Positions 30,309 to 41,227 are shown, counted from the first letter of the stretch. The stretch: DNA of 63,038 nt from Halieaceae bacterium (GCA_018657645.1 JABHWT010000164.1:1-63038); one strand, 5' to 3'. Notes: generated by a model not told the origin, from the letters alone. Numbers and translations: made by a program.

Positions 30309-31553
30309 TTATCTGGCGGCAACAAACTCCGGATAGGCCTCCATTCCACACTCGGAGAGATCGACACCGTCGTACTCTTCCTCTTCGCTGACCCGAATAC
30401 CCACGACCTTCTTGATAATGAAGAAACTCACAAAACTGGCACCAAAAACCCAACCAAAAATTGTCAGTGCACCAATCAACTGACCGCTGAAGGAGGATCC
30501 ATCATTGGTAACAGGTACCAATAACAAACCGAACAACCCAACCACACCGTGCACAGAAATAGCACCCACCGGGTCATCTATCTTCAGTTTATCCAGGGTC
30601 AGAATGGAGAACACAACCAGTACCCCACCGATGCCACCGAACACTGTCGCCTGCAGGGCAGTGGGTGTGGATGGCTCAGCAGTAATAGCAACCAACCCGG
30701 CCAGCGCGCCGTTCAGGGCCATAGTCAAATCAGCTTTCCCGAATAAAGCGTTGGCCGTCAACAATGCGGCCACCAGACCACCGGCCGCGGCTGCGTTAGT
30801 ATTCATGAATACGATCGCCACCGCATTGGCTGATTCTACGCTGGCAGTCGCCAGCACGGAGCCACCGTTAAAGCCGAACCAGCCCATCCATAGCACGAAC
30901 ATGCCCAAAGTGGCCATTGGCAGGTTTGCACCGGGAATCGCATTCACAGAGCCATCTGCGTTGTACTTGCCCTTACGGGCACCCAACAGCAAAACACCAG
31001 CCAGGGCCGCACTCGCACCAGCCATGTGAACAATGCCAGAGCCGGCAAAATCGGAGAAGCCCAGATCACCCAGCGTATACATGCCAAAAACGGCTTCACC
31101 ACCCCAGGTCCAGGCACCTTCCATGGGATAAATAATGGCCGTCATGACCACGGCGAACATTAGGAAGGCCCACAGTTTCATCCGTTCAGCAACGGCACCG
31201 GAGACGATAGACATGGCCGTTGCAACAAACACAACCTGAAAGAAAAAGTCAGCTGAGGGTGCGTAACTAGCCGGCTCTTCCGCCCCGGTCACACCATCGC
31301 CCACTATGCCATCGAGAAACAGGTTGAAGTCTCCTCCGCCGTACATAATGGAGTAACCACAGATCATGTACATAATACAGGCAATCGCGTACAGGGCGAC
31401 GTTCTTTGTGAGGATCTCCGTGGTGTTCTTGGAGCGCACCAGGCCTGCTTCCAGCATCGAAAAACCGGCAGCCATCCACATCACCAAAGCGCCGCAGATC
31501 AGGAAGTAAAATGTGTCCAGTGCGTACTGCAATTGAAATATTTCGTTATCCAT
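30309..31553 (-). CDS. amtB: ammonium transporter
   Basis: 414 aa, 11-12 TM helices, Amt signature regions (DFAGSGIVHM, AISVHGVVG). Confidence 0.95.
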   Translation of the reverse strand: MDNEIFQLQYALDTFYFLICGALVMWMAAGFSMLEAGLVRSKNTTEILTKNVALYAIACIMYMICGYSIMYGGGDFNLFLDGIVGDGVTGAEEPASYAPSADFFFQVVFVATAMSIVSGAVAERMKLWAFLMFAVVMTAIIYPMEGAWTWGGEAVFGMYTLGDLGFSDFAGSGIVHMAGASAALAGVLLLGARKGKYNADGSVNAIPGANLPMATLGMFVLWMGWFGFNGGSVLATASVESANAVAIVFMNTNAAAAGGLVAALLTANALFGKADLTMALNGALAGLVAITAEPSTPTALQATVFGGIGGVLVVFSILTLDKLKIDDPVGAISVHGVVGLFGLLLVPVTNDGSSFSGQLIGALTIFGWVFGASFVSFFIIKKVVGIRVSEEEEYDGVDLSECGMEAYPEFVAAR

Positions 31554-31585
31554 AAGATTAATTCTCTTGAGTGAGTGCTGTGAGC

Positions 31586-31978
<393 letters not shown>

Positions 31979-32041
31979 TCATGCCGGGTCGAGCGCGACG
32001 CGCGGCGGGGACCCGCACCAACTGCAAGTCCCTGCGCTACA

Positions 32042-32665
32042 CTACAGGTCGAAGGATTTCCCGATACTAAAAATCAGCGATTCGCTACTGCCGTCCTGGT
32101 CAGAAAGTTCCTTACTACTGAAAATTGCAGCGATTCCCAGGTCAAACCCACCAACTTCAGTGCCGTAGCCAACCTGGAAGTAATCGCCGTCAAAGTCCTT
32201 GCCAAAGCTGCCGTAGGTACCATAAAAACCTTTGTGCTCGGCCGTTACCTCAAGGTAATCATAGTCCTGACCACCGTCGCCATCCCACTCGCCAATACTG
32301 TAGCCAACACTTAGAAAACCCCACCCGGCATTCAGATTGACTTCTTCGTAGGTGTCATCAAAATCACCGGTATAGTAGTAACCGGTAAAACCCGCTCCAA
32401 GGGTGAATTCTCCAAGCTCGATGTTATAGCCTCCGTACACGTCGGTCTCCAGGCCATCGCCCACATCGGCAGCCCAGGCACCGAGATACAGCCCACCCGC
32501 CTCATAATCTATACCAGCGCTAGCCGAACTTTCTTTTTGCAAAATGCCTCGATAGTGATACTCAGAGGCATAGCCGATGTTTGCCGACAGATCTGCCATC
32601 GCGGGGCTTGCCAGGCCAGCTGCCATAACGGCGGTCACGGCAGCGGTTGCCAGTAGTTTTTTCAT
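32042..32665 (-). CDS. small outer-membrane beta-barrel protein (TorF/Gcw_chp-type putative porin)
   Basis: Signal peptide ending AMA, Gly/Tyr-rich alternating strands, C-terminal SFDL. I recall this family often preceding glnK-amtB; the assignment is from memory. Confidence 0.6.
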   Translation of the reverse strand: MKKLLATAAVTAVMAAGLASPAMADLSANIGYASEYHYRGILQKESSASAGIDYEAGGLYLGAWAADVGDGLETDVYGGYNIELGEFTLGAGFTGYYYTGDFDDTYEEVNLNAGWGFLSVGYSIGEWDGDGGQDYDYLEVTAEHKGFYGTYGSFGKDFDGDYFQVGYGTEVGGFDLGIAAIFSSKELSDQDGSSESLIFSIGKSFDL

Positions 32666-32762
32666 ATTCCAATCTCCATTAATGATGTTTGTTGATTAAA
32701 AACGTATATCGTATGGTCGCAGGGCATATCACATGCTCTGAACAGATAGCTGTTCTAAGTTT

Positions 32763-32778
32763 TGCACTGTCCATGCCA
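32763..32778 (-). promoter_or_regulatory. sigma-54 (-24/-12) promoter for porin-glnK-amtB
   Basis: The minus strand reads TGGCATGGACAGTGCA. GG and GC are spaced as in the TGGCAC-N5-TTGCA consensus, about 100 nt upstream of the porin start. Confidence 0.6.
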
Positions 32779-32883
32779 GAACATGTATATTTCTTTTAAT
32801 TCAATGCGTTAGCGGTTTTACGCCATACAATTCACAGTAAATTACTAGTATTGGCAAGAGATGTAGGCCCCAAAATGATGCGA

Positions 32884-32900
32884 TGCACCATATTGGGGCA
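32884..32900. promoter_or_regulatory. NtrC-type enhancer site
   Basis: TGCACCATATTGGGGCA versus consensus TGCACCA-N3-TGGTGCA (one mismatch), about 110 nt upstream of the sigma-54 element. Confidence 0.55.
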
Positions 32901-32978
32901 CCCAGATGCTCTGTGACTCAACTGCGAAATACACTAGAATCAAAAGTCCAGAACTACTCGAGCAGGGGCATTTAGAAC

Positions 32979-33239
32979 ATGGCATTGAAACCACCTCCTC
33001 TTAGCGACGTCCTCAGCCAGGTAAATGAATTGGTTGGCGGTAGCGGCTTAAAGGACGAGGTCGACAAAAACGTGCGCTCACTGGTGCAATCTGCACTATC
33101 CAAATTGGATATGGTGAGCCGCGAAGAATTCGACATTCAGGCCGATATCCTCCAGCAAACACGCACTCAAGTGCGTGCTCTGGAGGCCGAGCTGGAAAAA
33201 CTAAGCCGTGATCTGGAAACCCTGTGCTCTGACACTTAG
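32979..33239 (+). CDS. ubiK: ubiquinone biosynthesis accessory factor UbiK (YqiC/BMFP family)
   Basis: 86-aa coiled-coil protein with the VSREEFD...L..L..LE pattern typical of UbiK. Confidence 0.8.
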   Translation: MALKPPPLSDVLSQVNELVGGSGLKDEVDKNVRSLVQSALSKLDMVSREEFDIQADILQQTRTQVRALEAELEKLSRDLETLCSDT

Positions 33240-33268
33240 GTTCATTTTTTTCGCTCAAGGACGAGCAT

Positions 33269-34768
33269 ATGGAAATATCAGTCGTCTATAGCAGGGCGCT
33301 GGCGGGTATCCAGGCTCCACTGGTTCACGTAGAAACTCACCTTTCCAATGGACTGCCCGCTTTTAATATAGTGGGCATGCCGGCCACCACGGTGCGCGAA
33401 AGCAAGGAGCGGGTTCGCAGCGCCCTGCTAAATTCCCATTTTTCTTTCCCCGACCGTCACATAACAATCAATCTGGCACCTGCCGACCTCCCCAAGGAGG
33501 GGGGCCGTTTTGATCTACCTATCGCTCTTGGCATTCTCGCAGCCTCCGGGCAGCTGCCGCAGGAGCAACTTCAGGCGCACGAGTTCCTCGGCGAACTGGC
33601 CCTCGACGGTAGTCTACGGCCGATTCCGAGCGTCATATCAGCCGCCAGGGAAGCTGCCATGGCTAAGCGCAGCCTTGCAATTCCGGCCAGCTGCGCACAA
33701 CTGGCAGCCCATGTCCCCAATTGCCGGGTTATAGCAGCAGACGATATTCTGACCCTCTGCGCCCACCTCAATGGCAATTGCACCATTGAGCCGTCTGTTC
33801 TGGTTGCAGACACAACAAGGGTTTGTTACCTGGACCTGGACGAGATCGTGGGTCAGCAAATGGCGCGACGAGCCCTTGAAATTGCCGCCAGCGGAGGTCA
33901 CAACCTGTTGTTTTTTGGCCCGCCTGGAACCGGTAAGACCCTGCTGGCCAGCAGGCTGCCAGGAATCCTGCCACCGCCCTCTCCCGCGGAAGCACTAACC
34001 GGGCTTGCTGTACGGAGTTTTTACAATAGCACCGAGTGCAGCGAGTATCTAAAGCGACCTTTTCGCCGGCCACATCACAGTGCGAGCCAGGCCGCACTGG
34101 TAGGTGGCGGCAGTATCCCGCGACCGGGCGAGGTCTCTCTGGCCCATGGCGGCGTGCTGTTTCTCGACGAGTTACCCGAGTTCAACCGCCCTTCATTGGA
34201 GGCTCTGCGCGAGCCAATGGAGTCCGGTGAAATCACACTGTCTCGAGCTAATCACAAAACCACCTACCCAGCCCAATTTCAGCTGGTGGCAGCGATGAAT
34301 CCCTGCCCCTGCGGCTACGCAGGTGATCGAGACCGGACCTGTCATTGCACTCCCGACCAGGTACAACGCTACCGGCAGCGAATATCAGGACCTCTGCTTG
34401 ACCGCATAGATTTACACATTGATGTTCCCAGGGTCGCAGCGTCCGCCCTATTGAACAACGACTGTAGTGGAGAGCCCTCGGCCAGGGTAAGAGCGCGGGT
34501 ATGCAGCTCCAGAAAACGCCAGATTCTGCGCCAGGGATGTGCAAACGCGCTTCTGCCATCAACCGAAATCGCCAATGCCTGTCTGCTTGAAAGGCCTCAG
34601 AAAAATTATATTGAATCTGCAGCAACCGAGATGGCACTGTCTTCCCGGTCGGTGCATCGCACCCTGCGGGTCGCACGCACTATCGCCGACCTGGCCGAAG
34701 CCACTGCAATTTCCAACGAACATATCGGCGAGGCCCTGGCCTACCGGAGTCGAGAGCCGGGGCAGTAG
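33269..34768 (+). CDS. comM: YifB/ComM Mg-chelatase-like AAA+ ATPase
   Basis: N-terminal Lon-like domain, Walker A GPPGTGKT, GVLFLDELPEF, CxC..G zinc motif (CPCGY). Confidence 0.93.
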   Translation: MEISVVYSRALAGIQAPLVHVETHLSNGLPAFNIVGMPATTVRESKERVRSALLNSHFSFPDRHITINLAPADLPKEGGRFDLPIALGILAASGQLPQEQLQAHEFLGELALDGSLRPIPSVISAAREAAMAKRSLAIPASCAQLAAHVPNCRVIAADDILTLCAHLNGNCTIEPSVLVADTTRVCYLDLDEIVGQQMARRALEIAASGGHNLLFFGPPGTGKTLLASRLPGILPPPSPAEALTGLAVRSFYNSTECSEYLKRPFRRPHHSASQAALVGGGSIPRPGEVSLAHGGVLFLDELPEFNRPSLEALREPMESGEITLSRANHKTTYPAQFQLVAAMNPCPCGYAGDRDRTCHCTPDQVQRYRQRISGPLLDRIDLHIDVPRVAASALLNNDCSGEPSARVRARVCSSRKRQILRQGCANALLPSTEIANACLLERPQKNYIESAATEMALSSRSVHRTLRVARTIADLAEATAISNEHIGEALAYRSREPGQ

Positions 34769-34807
34769 CACCTCGCAAGTGTGCCAAAATTCACTACATT
34801 GACACAG

Positions 34808-37072
34808 CTAAAAATTATACTGAAAGCTCACACCAACAGTTCTGGGTCTGACTTGTCGGGTTACCCGGATCAACCCTGAATCCATCTGACCACCATTGTC
34901 GTAATCGGGAACCAGTGGCAGCTTCTCAGCTTGCAAAAGCGCGGACTCTTCGGTCACATTCTTAACCCATAAAGTCACATCCCACGCCGGAGATCCGGAC
35001 CTGATTCCGAGTTGTAGGTCCAGGGTCGCGTAGTCATCCAGATCCTCGCCAAGCGAGCTCGAATAGTATTCGCTCTCAGCATTGAGCAGGCCGCGAAGAT
35101 ACCATTGTGTATTACCCTTACCCATCGGGCGAGAATACTCTGTGGCAATGTTCCCCGACCACTTTGCCAACTGGCCCGCTCGCTCTCCACTCAGGTCGCA
35201 GGTGTTGAAAGCAAAATCCTGTTCCGGAATTGAATCCCCCGTTGTACAGGCCACACCTTTGCCATCGGAGAACTCGGCCACGTTGTAGCTAAAGGCTATA
35301 CTCAAAGTCCAATACTCACTCATCAGTATCGCAAAATCGCTATCTATTCCGTAGGATTCGACCTCGTCTACGTTTACAACGGGGCTGGCCTGCCCAACAC
35401 CTCCCACCGCATCACCCACCCCCTGCTCTCTAAACTCAATGGTACTGGACTGATACTGAAAATCTGAATAGATCTGATAATAGGCTGCCAGATTCCACAA
35501 GCCGCGACCATCGAGGACATCCCATTTGAAACCCAGCTCAATATTTTCACTGTCCTCGGCACCGAAGGCACCGAATACAGGCGGCTGAGCGCCTGCAGAG
35601 ATATTAGCTGATCCCGACCGCCATCCCGTATCGTAAGAGGCATAGGCCATAAAATCATCGGCAAACCGGTGCTGATACTTCAGCGTACCGGTGACTGCAT
35701 CTTCCTCACTTTCCTGATCCTTGGGAAGAATACCATCCCACTCCAAACTAGCTGCAGGTGCCTCTGCCCCGTCTTGAAAAACAAAAAATGCATCGACCAG
35801 GAATGGCTGGGTTCCCCACCTGTCCTGCTCCATATAACGCAGCCCCAGGGTAATTGTTCCGTTTTCGGAAATGTGGAAGGCGTTGTGCATGAACAGCCCC
35901 CTCTTCTCACCATCAAGATCGGCGACCGACTCGATTTGGGCACGAATTTTCAATGTCGGCGTGAGGGCGCGCCAGGTTTCAACAGAAACATCGGTGGTAC
36001 TCTTGGATTCCTCATAGAAAAACCCTGCAGTCCAATCCCAAAACGCATTGCCCTGTGAGGCCAGACTAAGCTCGGTATTCCATATATCCCTAACACTGGA
36101 AACAACGTGCTGCCACTCGCTCAGGACCGTCGACCCATCCGAGTCAAAGATTCGATCAATAACATTGTTCTGATAACTGGTAACCGATGAGATGACCCAA
36201 TCATTGCGCAGCCCATAGTTCATGGAGAGAACACTGTAATCGGTTTTATTGGTCATAAAGGATCGCATTTCGCTCACTGAGTATCGGTCGTCATATTTAA
36301 TAGCGTCGCTGTAAATGACCGGGTCATTATCAGCATTGTCCTCTATATCGTGGTAGGAGAGCCGAAGGTCAAATGTATCCCTGGGCTGCCACCCCATGAC
36401 TAAGCGAAAAGCCTCCGTTTGACTTTTACTCTCTCGATCCAGAGTAATATTTTTAACATCGTCATAGCGGTGTTCGTCATAGAGACCAGCAACGCGAAAA
36501 CCAAGCTTTCCCTCAATGATAGGTACAGATACGCCGAACTGTGTATTAGATCCGTCGCGCTCGGCAAAGCTCTGCTTCAAGTAACCGTCCACCTCACGTA
36601 AGTTTGGATCGCGGGACTGCATCATAATCGCCCCGGCGGGAGAGGCCTGACCATAAAGCGTACCCTGGGGACCACGCAGCACTTCAAATCGCTCGAGGTC
36701 ATAGAGCCCGCTAAACAGCCCTCGCTCCTGCTGGACGGAGGCCTGATCGATATAGATCGCCACCCGGGGTGTTACCGGAGCATTGAGATTAGTACCCAAT
36801 CCCCGCGTGGCAATATCCGTATCAAACCCACTTCCGGAAATCGCCAGCCCAGCGGTCATGCTATTTAAATCGTGAAGATCAAAGCTGGCGTAGTTACCAA
36901 GCTGCTCACCGGTGACCACCTCCACGGTCATCGGTACGTCACTCAATGACTCGACTTTCTTTTGGGCCGTTACCAGCACTTCTTCCAGCACCAGTTCATT
37001 CTGCGCCGCGGCTATACCCGCCATGTGCGTGCACAATAAGCCAACAAGTATTTTACTTTCGAAGAACTTCAT
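34808..37072 (-). CDS. TonB-dependent receptor
   Basis: 754 aa, signal peptide, plug domain (EEVLVTAQKK, RGPQGTLYG), C-terminal barrel ending in F. Confidence 0.9.
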   Translation of the reverse strand: MKFFESKILVGLLCTHMAGIAAAQNELVLEEVLVTAQKKVESLSDVPMTVEVVTGEQLGNYASFDLHDLNSMTAGLAISGSGFDTDIATRGLGTNLNAPVTPRVAIYIDQASVQQERGLFSGLYDLERFEVLRGPQGTLYGQASPAGAIMMQSRDPNLREVDGYLKQSFAERDGSNTQFGVSVPIIEGKLGFRVAGLYDEHRYDDVKNITLDRESKSQTEAFRLVMGWQPRDTFDLRLSYHDIEDNADNDPVIYSDAIKYDDRYSVSEMRSFMTNKTDYSVLSMNYGLRNDWVISSVTSYQNNVIDRIFDSDGSTVLSEWQHVVSSVRDIWNTELSLASQGNAFWDWTAGFFYEESKSTTDVSVETWRALTPTLKIRAQIESVADLDGEKRGLFMHNAFHISENGTITLGLRYMEQDRWGTQPFLVDAFFVFQDGAEAPAASLEWDGILPKDQESEEDAVTGTLKYQHRFADDFMAYASYDTGWRSGSANISAGAQPPVFGAFGAEDSENIELGFKWDVLDGRGLWNLAAYYQIYSDFQYQSSTIEFREQGVGDAVGGVGQASPVVNVDEVESYGIDSDFAILMSEYWTLSIAFSYNVAEFSDGKGVACTTGDSIPEQDFAFNTCDLSGERAGQLAKWSGNIATEYSRPMGKGNTQWYLRGLLNAESEYYSSSLGEDLDDYATLDLQLGIRSGSPAWDVTLWVKNVTEESALLQAEKLPLVPDYDNGGQMDSGLIRVTRQVRPRTVGVSFQYNF

Positions 37073-37366
37073 TATTATTAGCCTTCCAGTAAACAGTATC
37101 TGTATCGCGTACTACATACTATTCCTTTCCAAGCGCCTCCGACATGAGCCAGGGCCCCGCAGCGCTTGTACTGTCACCCGTTTATACTAGCACTTCCCCA
37201 GCGCATCACCACGCCAAACCGAGATTCTGCCAATACACTAGCCAGGGCTTTGGAGAGGCCCGAGCCAAATCAGTAACCCCTAGCGAGCCGGTGATTTTGC
37301 TTTCGTGGTCGCGAGCCATTTGATAAACTTTGCGCCTGTTGTCCCCACCCCGAAGCAAACAAAACT

Positions 37367-39364
37367 GTGACCCAACTTAATCCCAGGCAGCGCGAGGCCG
37401 TGCGCTATATCGATGGCCCCCTGCTGGTGCTGGCCGGCGCCGGCAGTGGCAAAACCAGTGTGATTACCCGCAAAATAGCCTACCTGGTAGAAACCTGCGG
37501 CATCGGGCCAAAACACATTGCCGCCGTGACCTTTACCAATAAGGCCGCCCGCGAAATGAAGGAGCGCGTGGGCAAACTGCTGGGTTCCAACGCATCAGAG
37601 GGCCTGACGGTGAGTACCTTCCACCAATTGGGGCTAAGAATTATCCACAGTGAGCGCCGGGAATTGGGTCTTAAGTCCGGCTTCTCCATTTTCGATGGAC
37701 AGGACAGCCAAACCCTGATTCGCGATATCCTGATCCAGGAGCACGGAGCCGAGGGCGATCTGGCGAGCACTATCGCCCAGCGCATTTCGAGCTGGAAGAA
37801 TGATCGCGTTCTTCCCGAACAAGCTGTCGCGGCCGCTACCGGCGCAGCGGACACGCTCTTCGCCCAGGCCTTTCTGCGCTACAATCGCGCGCTTCGAGCC
37901 TACAACGCGCTGGACTTTGACGACCTGATTTCACTACCCACTATTTTGTTTGAGCGCTCTCCCGATATTCTGGAGAAATGGCAAAACCAGCTGCGCTACC
38001 TGCTGGTAGACGAATACCAGGACACCAACTCCAGCCAGTACCTTTTGGTTAAGCAGTTGATTGGCCTCGGTGGTGGTTTAACCGTAGTGGGAGACGACGA
38101 TCAATCCATCTACGCCTGGCGCGGTGCCAGGCCCGAAAACCTGGTGCAATTGCAGGAGGACTATCCCAGTCTGAAGGTAATTAAGATGGAGCAGAACTAC
38201 CGCTCAACCGCACGTATTCTCAAAGCCGCCAACACCCTGATAGCCAATAATAATCACGTGTTTGACAAGCGGCTATGGTGTGAACTGGGGCATGGTGAGC
38301 CACTGCGTGTGATCCGCTGCACCGACGAACACCACGAGGCCGATCAAGTGATTGCGGAAATCCTCGATCACAAACTGCGCAAGCGCACGCGCTATGGCGA
38401 CTACGCCATTCTCTATCGCGGCAACCACCAGTCCAGATTGATTGAACTTTCCCTGCAACAACAACAAGTACCCTACCATATGAGTGGCGGGACCTCGTTC
38501 TTCGCCCGCAACGAGGTCAAGGACATAATGGCCTATTTAAGGTTGATCATAAATGAGAACGACGACAATGCCTTCCTGCGTATTGCCAACGTACCGCGGC
38601 GCAAGCTCGGTACGTCCACTCTGGAGGCTCTGGGCACGTATGCCAACACCCACCACTGCAGCTTGAACCAGGCCTGTAAGCGTATTGGTCAGGAGCAGGT
38701 GAGTGGCGCCGCAATAGCGCGATTGCGGGAGTTTCACAACTGGATGGATAGCATTCGCAATCGCGGCAGCAACGACCGCAGTGTCACCGGGATTCGACAA
38801 ATGATCCGCGACATGGACTACGAGGGGTGGCTAAACCAACTCAGTGCTAGTGAAGACACTGCACAGAGGCGCATGGCCAACGTCGATTTCCTTGTCGATA
38901 GCCTGGCGCGGGTAATGCAAGAGGAGGCAGTAACCCTGGACGATGCCATTTCACGGTTGGTATTACGCGATTTGCTGGAGCAGCAGGAAGAGGAAGATGC
39001 CAGTCCGGACAGCGTACAGTTGATGACCCTACACGCCTCCAAAGGATTGGAATTTCCCCATGTCTATATCATCGGCATGGAAGAGAATCTATTGCCTCAC
39101 CGGGTCAGCGTCGAGCAGGGCAGCATCGACGAGGAGCGGCGCCTGGCCTATGTGGGCATTACCCGTGCCCGCGAGACCCTGAGCATGACCCTGGCCCTGA
39201 AGCGCCGCCAGTTTGGCAAGGATATCGTTTGCGAAGCCAGTCGCTTTATCGAAGAACTGCCGCAGGACGACCTTCACTGGCAGGGTGGGGACGAGGAAAC
39301 CCAGGAGGCAAATGAAGAGCGCGCCCAGGAAACGCTGGCGGGGCTTAAAGGCCTGTTTCCCTGA
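37367..39364 (+). CDS. rep: ATP-dependent DNA helicase Rep
   Basis: Collinear with E. coli Rep (LNPRQREAV, AGAGSGKT, VDEYQDTN, TLHASKGLEF). GTG start. Confidence 0.95.
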   Translation: MTQLNPRQREAVRYIDGPLLVLAGAGSGKTSVITRKIAYLVETCGIGPKHIAAVTFTNKAAREMKERVGKLLGSNASEGLTVSTFHQLGLRIIHSERRELGLKSGFSIFDGQDSQTLIRDILIQEHGAEGDLASTIAQRISSWKNDRVLPEQAVAAATGAADTLFAQAFLRYNRALRAYNALDFDDLISLPTILFERSPDILEKWQNQLRYLLVDEYQDTNSSQYLLVKQLIGLGGGLTVVGDDDQSIYAWRGARPENLVQLQEDYPSLKVIKMEQNYRSTARILKAANTLIANNNHVFDKRLWCELGHGEPLRVIRCTDEHHEADQVIAEILDHKLRKRTRYGDYAILYRGNHQSRLIELSLQQQQVPYHMSGGTSFFARNEVKDIMAYLRLIINENDDNAFLRIANVPRRKLGTSTLEALGTYANTHHCSLNQACKRIGQEQVSGAAIARLREFHNWMDSIRNRGSNDRSVTGIRQMIRDMDYEGWLNQLSASEDTAQRRMANVDFLVDSLARVMQEEAVTLDDAISRLVLRDLLEQQEEEDASPDSVQLMTLHASKGLEFPHVYIIGMEENLLPHRVSVEQGSIDEERRLAYVGITRARETLSMTLALKRRQFGKDIVCEASRFIEELPQDDLHWQGGDEETQEANEERAQETLAGLKGLFP

Positions 39365-39464
39365 TAGGGAATCGAGCATTCAACTCCGTATCGCGCCGCA
39401 CCTGCCCCAACGGGACGATCTTCTCTTTTCTCCTTGCTATCGAAAAAACTCTCTGGATCACTCG

Positions 39465-40976
39465 CTACCGCTGGTTAAGTGCCAGCGTTTCTGGCGCCAG
39501 TGTTTGCATCAACATATCCATGCGACTTGCCAGCTCGTCCTGTTGAGCCCTCAAGTCAGCGATCTCGGCATCCTTCGCAGCTACCTCTTCTTTCAGGTCG
39601 GACAGTTCCGCTATCTTCTCACTCTGCCGAGAGAGCTTATCATTCTGCGCCTGAGCGACCTTAGTTAATACCGCTACGATATCCATTGCCGCTAGTGATT
39701 TACGCCCATTTGTAGCAACCAGATCTGGTACATCTTCAGAGATAAACCCCATGTACTCTTCGTCTCGAGAGTTCTTGTACACATACCGTACGGGCTCCAG
39801 CGCAACCAGTGCCGCGGTGGCATCGTCAGCACTTAATTCCCTAATATCATCTTTCAGGCTTCGTGATGACGCGTTAGACCAGACACCGGCCTTGGTCAGA
39901 TGTGCGCCATTCCAAACGGTTATCGCATCGCTCGATGGAACGACATTGGTGCCAATACCCAACTTATTGCTTGCCTTTGTTTTGCTGAACTGTCCGTAGA
40001 GCAAAGGCGTTGTCGGATTATTGGATATATACAGTTTATTGTGACCAATCTCGCCATAACCTGCCTGATATCCAAGAAATACGTTGCCTGTGCCCGAAAG
40101 GTTGGAGAATCCAGAAGCATGTCCAAGTGCTGTGTTTTTCTTGCCACTTCTGTTCTTAGCTAACGCCCAAAAACCGGTAGCCGTGTTCTGAGTACCTGTT
40201 GTGTTATTTAGAAGCGAGGCATAACCATTGGCCGTATTGCTACTGCCCCGTTTGTTGTTAGCAAGCGCATTATAGCCTGTGGCCGTGTTTCTGCCGCCAG
40301 TAGTGTTTTCAGTTAACGCGGAATTGCCAGTAGCAGTGTTGTAATTCCCTGTAGTGCTTTCAAACAGTGCGCCTTGGCCTGTTGCTGTATTACGCTCTCC
40401 AGTTGTGTTATGGGCCAGCGCATTCATGCCGGCGGCCGTATTGTTGATCCCTGTAGTGTTGTAAAACAGCACCCCATCACCAATAGCAGTGTTGCGCGCT
40501 CCAGTTGTATTATTGTACAGCGCACTCGCGCCAGCCGCCGTATTGTTCTTGCCCGTGCTGTTTTTATACAGTGCGCCCTGGCCTGTTGCTGTATTACGCT
40601 CCCCGGTCGTGTTATAGACCAGCGCATTCATGCCTGCAGCTGTATTGTTGCTTCCAGTAGTGTTGTAAAACAGCGCCCCATCACCAACAGCGGCGTTACG
40701 ACCTCCCGTCGTGTTATTGTAGAGCGTGTTCTTTCCGGTCGCCGTATTGTTACTACCTGTAGTGTTGGAATACAACGCACTATTGCCAAAGGCGGCGTTA
40801 CGGCCCCCTGTCGTGTTGGAGTATAACGCGTTGCTACCAAAAGCCGAGTTGGATTCACCGCTATTAGAGTTCAACGCGCCCGAGCCGTAAGACGTATTTC
40901 CTGTTTGGGCCAGTGCATTTGTCCCAAGTAGCGAGAGACCTAAAACCGCTATCATGTTGATGCCGTAATTCTTCAT
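39465..40976 (-). CDS. secreted tail-fibre-domain protein: 17 tandem 17-residue repeats plus peptidase-S74 intramolecular-chaperone domain plus coiled coil
   Basis: Signal peptide ending ALA. Seventeen units with consensus NTAxGxxALxxNTTGxx. C-terminal SSRSLKDDIRELS...EPVRYVYK...GFISEDVP...MDIVAVL matches the endosialidase/tail-fibre chaperone (S74) pattern, followed by a heptad-rich tail. Confidence 0.75.
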   Translation of the reverse strand: MKNYGINMIAVLGLSLLGTNALAQTGNTSYGSGALNSNSGESNSAFGSNALYSNTTGGRNAAFGNSALYSNTTGSNNTATGKNTLYNNTTGGRNAAVGDGALFYNTTGSNNTAAGMNALVYNTTGERNTATGQGALYKNSTGKNNTAAGASALYNNTTGARNTAIGDGVLFYNTTGINNTAAGMNALAHNTTGERNTATGQGALFESTTGNYNTATGNSALTENTTGGRNTATGYNALANNKRGSSNTANGYASLLNNTTGTQNTATGFWALAKNRSGKKNTALGHASGFSNLSGTGNVFLGYQAGYGEIGHNKLYISNNPTTPLLYGQFSKTKASNKLGIGTNVVPSSDAITVWNGAHLTKAGVWSNASSRSLKDDIRELSADDATAALVALEPVRYVYKNSRDEEYMGFISEDVPDLVATNGRKSLAAMDIVAVLTKVAQAQNDKLSRQSEKIAELSDLKEEVAAKDAEIADLRAQQDELASRMDMLMQTLAPETLALNQR

Positions 40977-41227
40977 GTCTTTCTCCTTCTGGGCTCAGTA
41001 TCCTTTTAATTTCTGGGCTAAAAAAACTCCTGAGTGGAACATGCCACAATGGCGTTAATAAACTAGCCCTGCAGAGCCGAACTGGCAGTAGGAATACCCC
41101 GGCACTGCTTGGTTACATGCCTCCATTAACTTACTTCCCATTACTCTAAACACTAGCAGTTTTTGAGCCGTGTTGCCTTGACTAGCATCAAAGATGATCT
41201 TCGTGCAGACCAGAACAATAGCAATAC

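Noticed and set aside
37073-37366. A riboswitch or Fur box upstream of the TonB-dependent receptor.
   Set aside because: No B12-box, TPP-type core or GATAATGATAATCATTATC-like palindrome is visible, so the regulator remains unknown.
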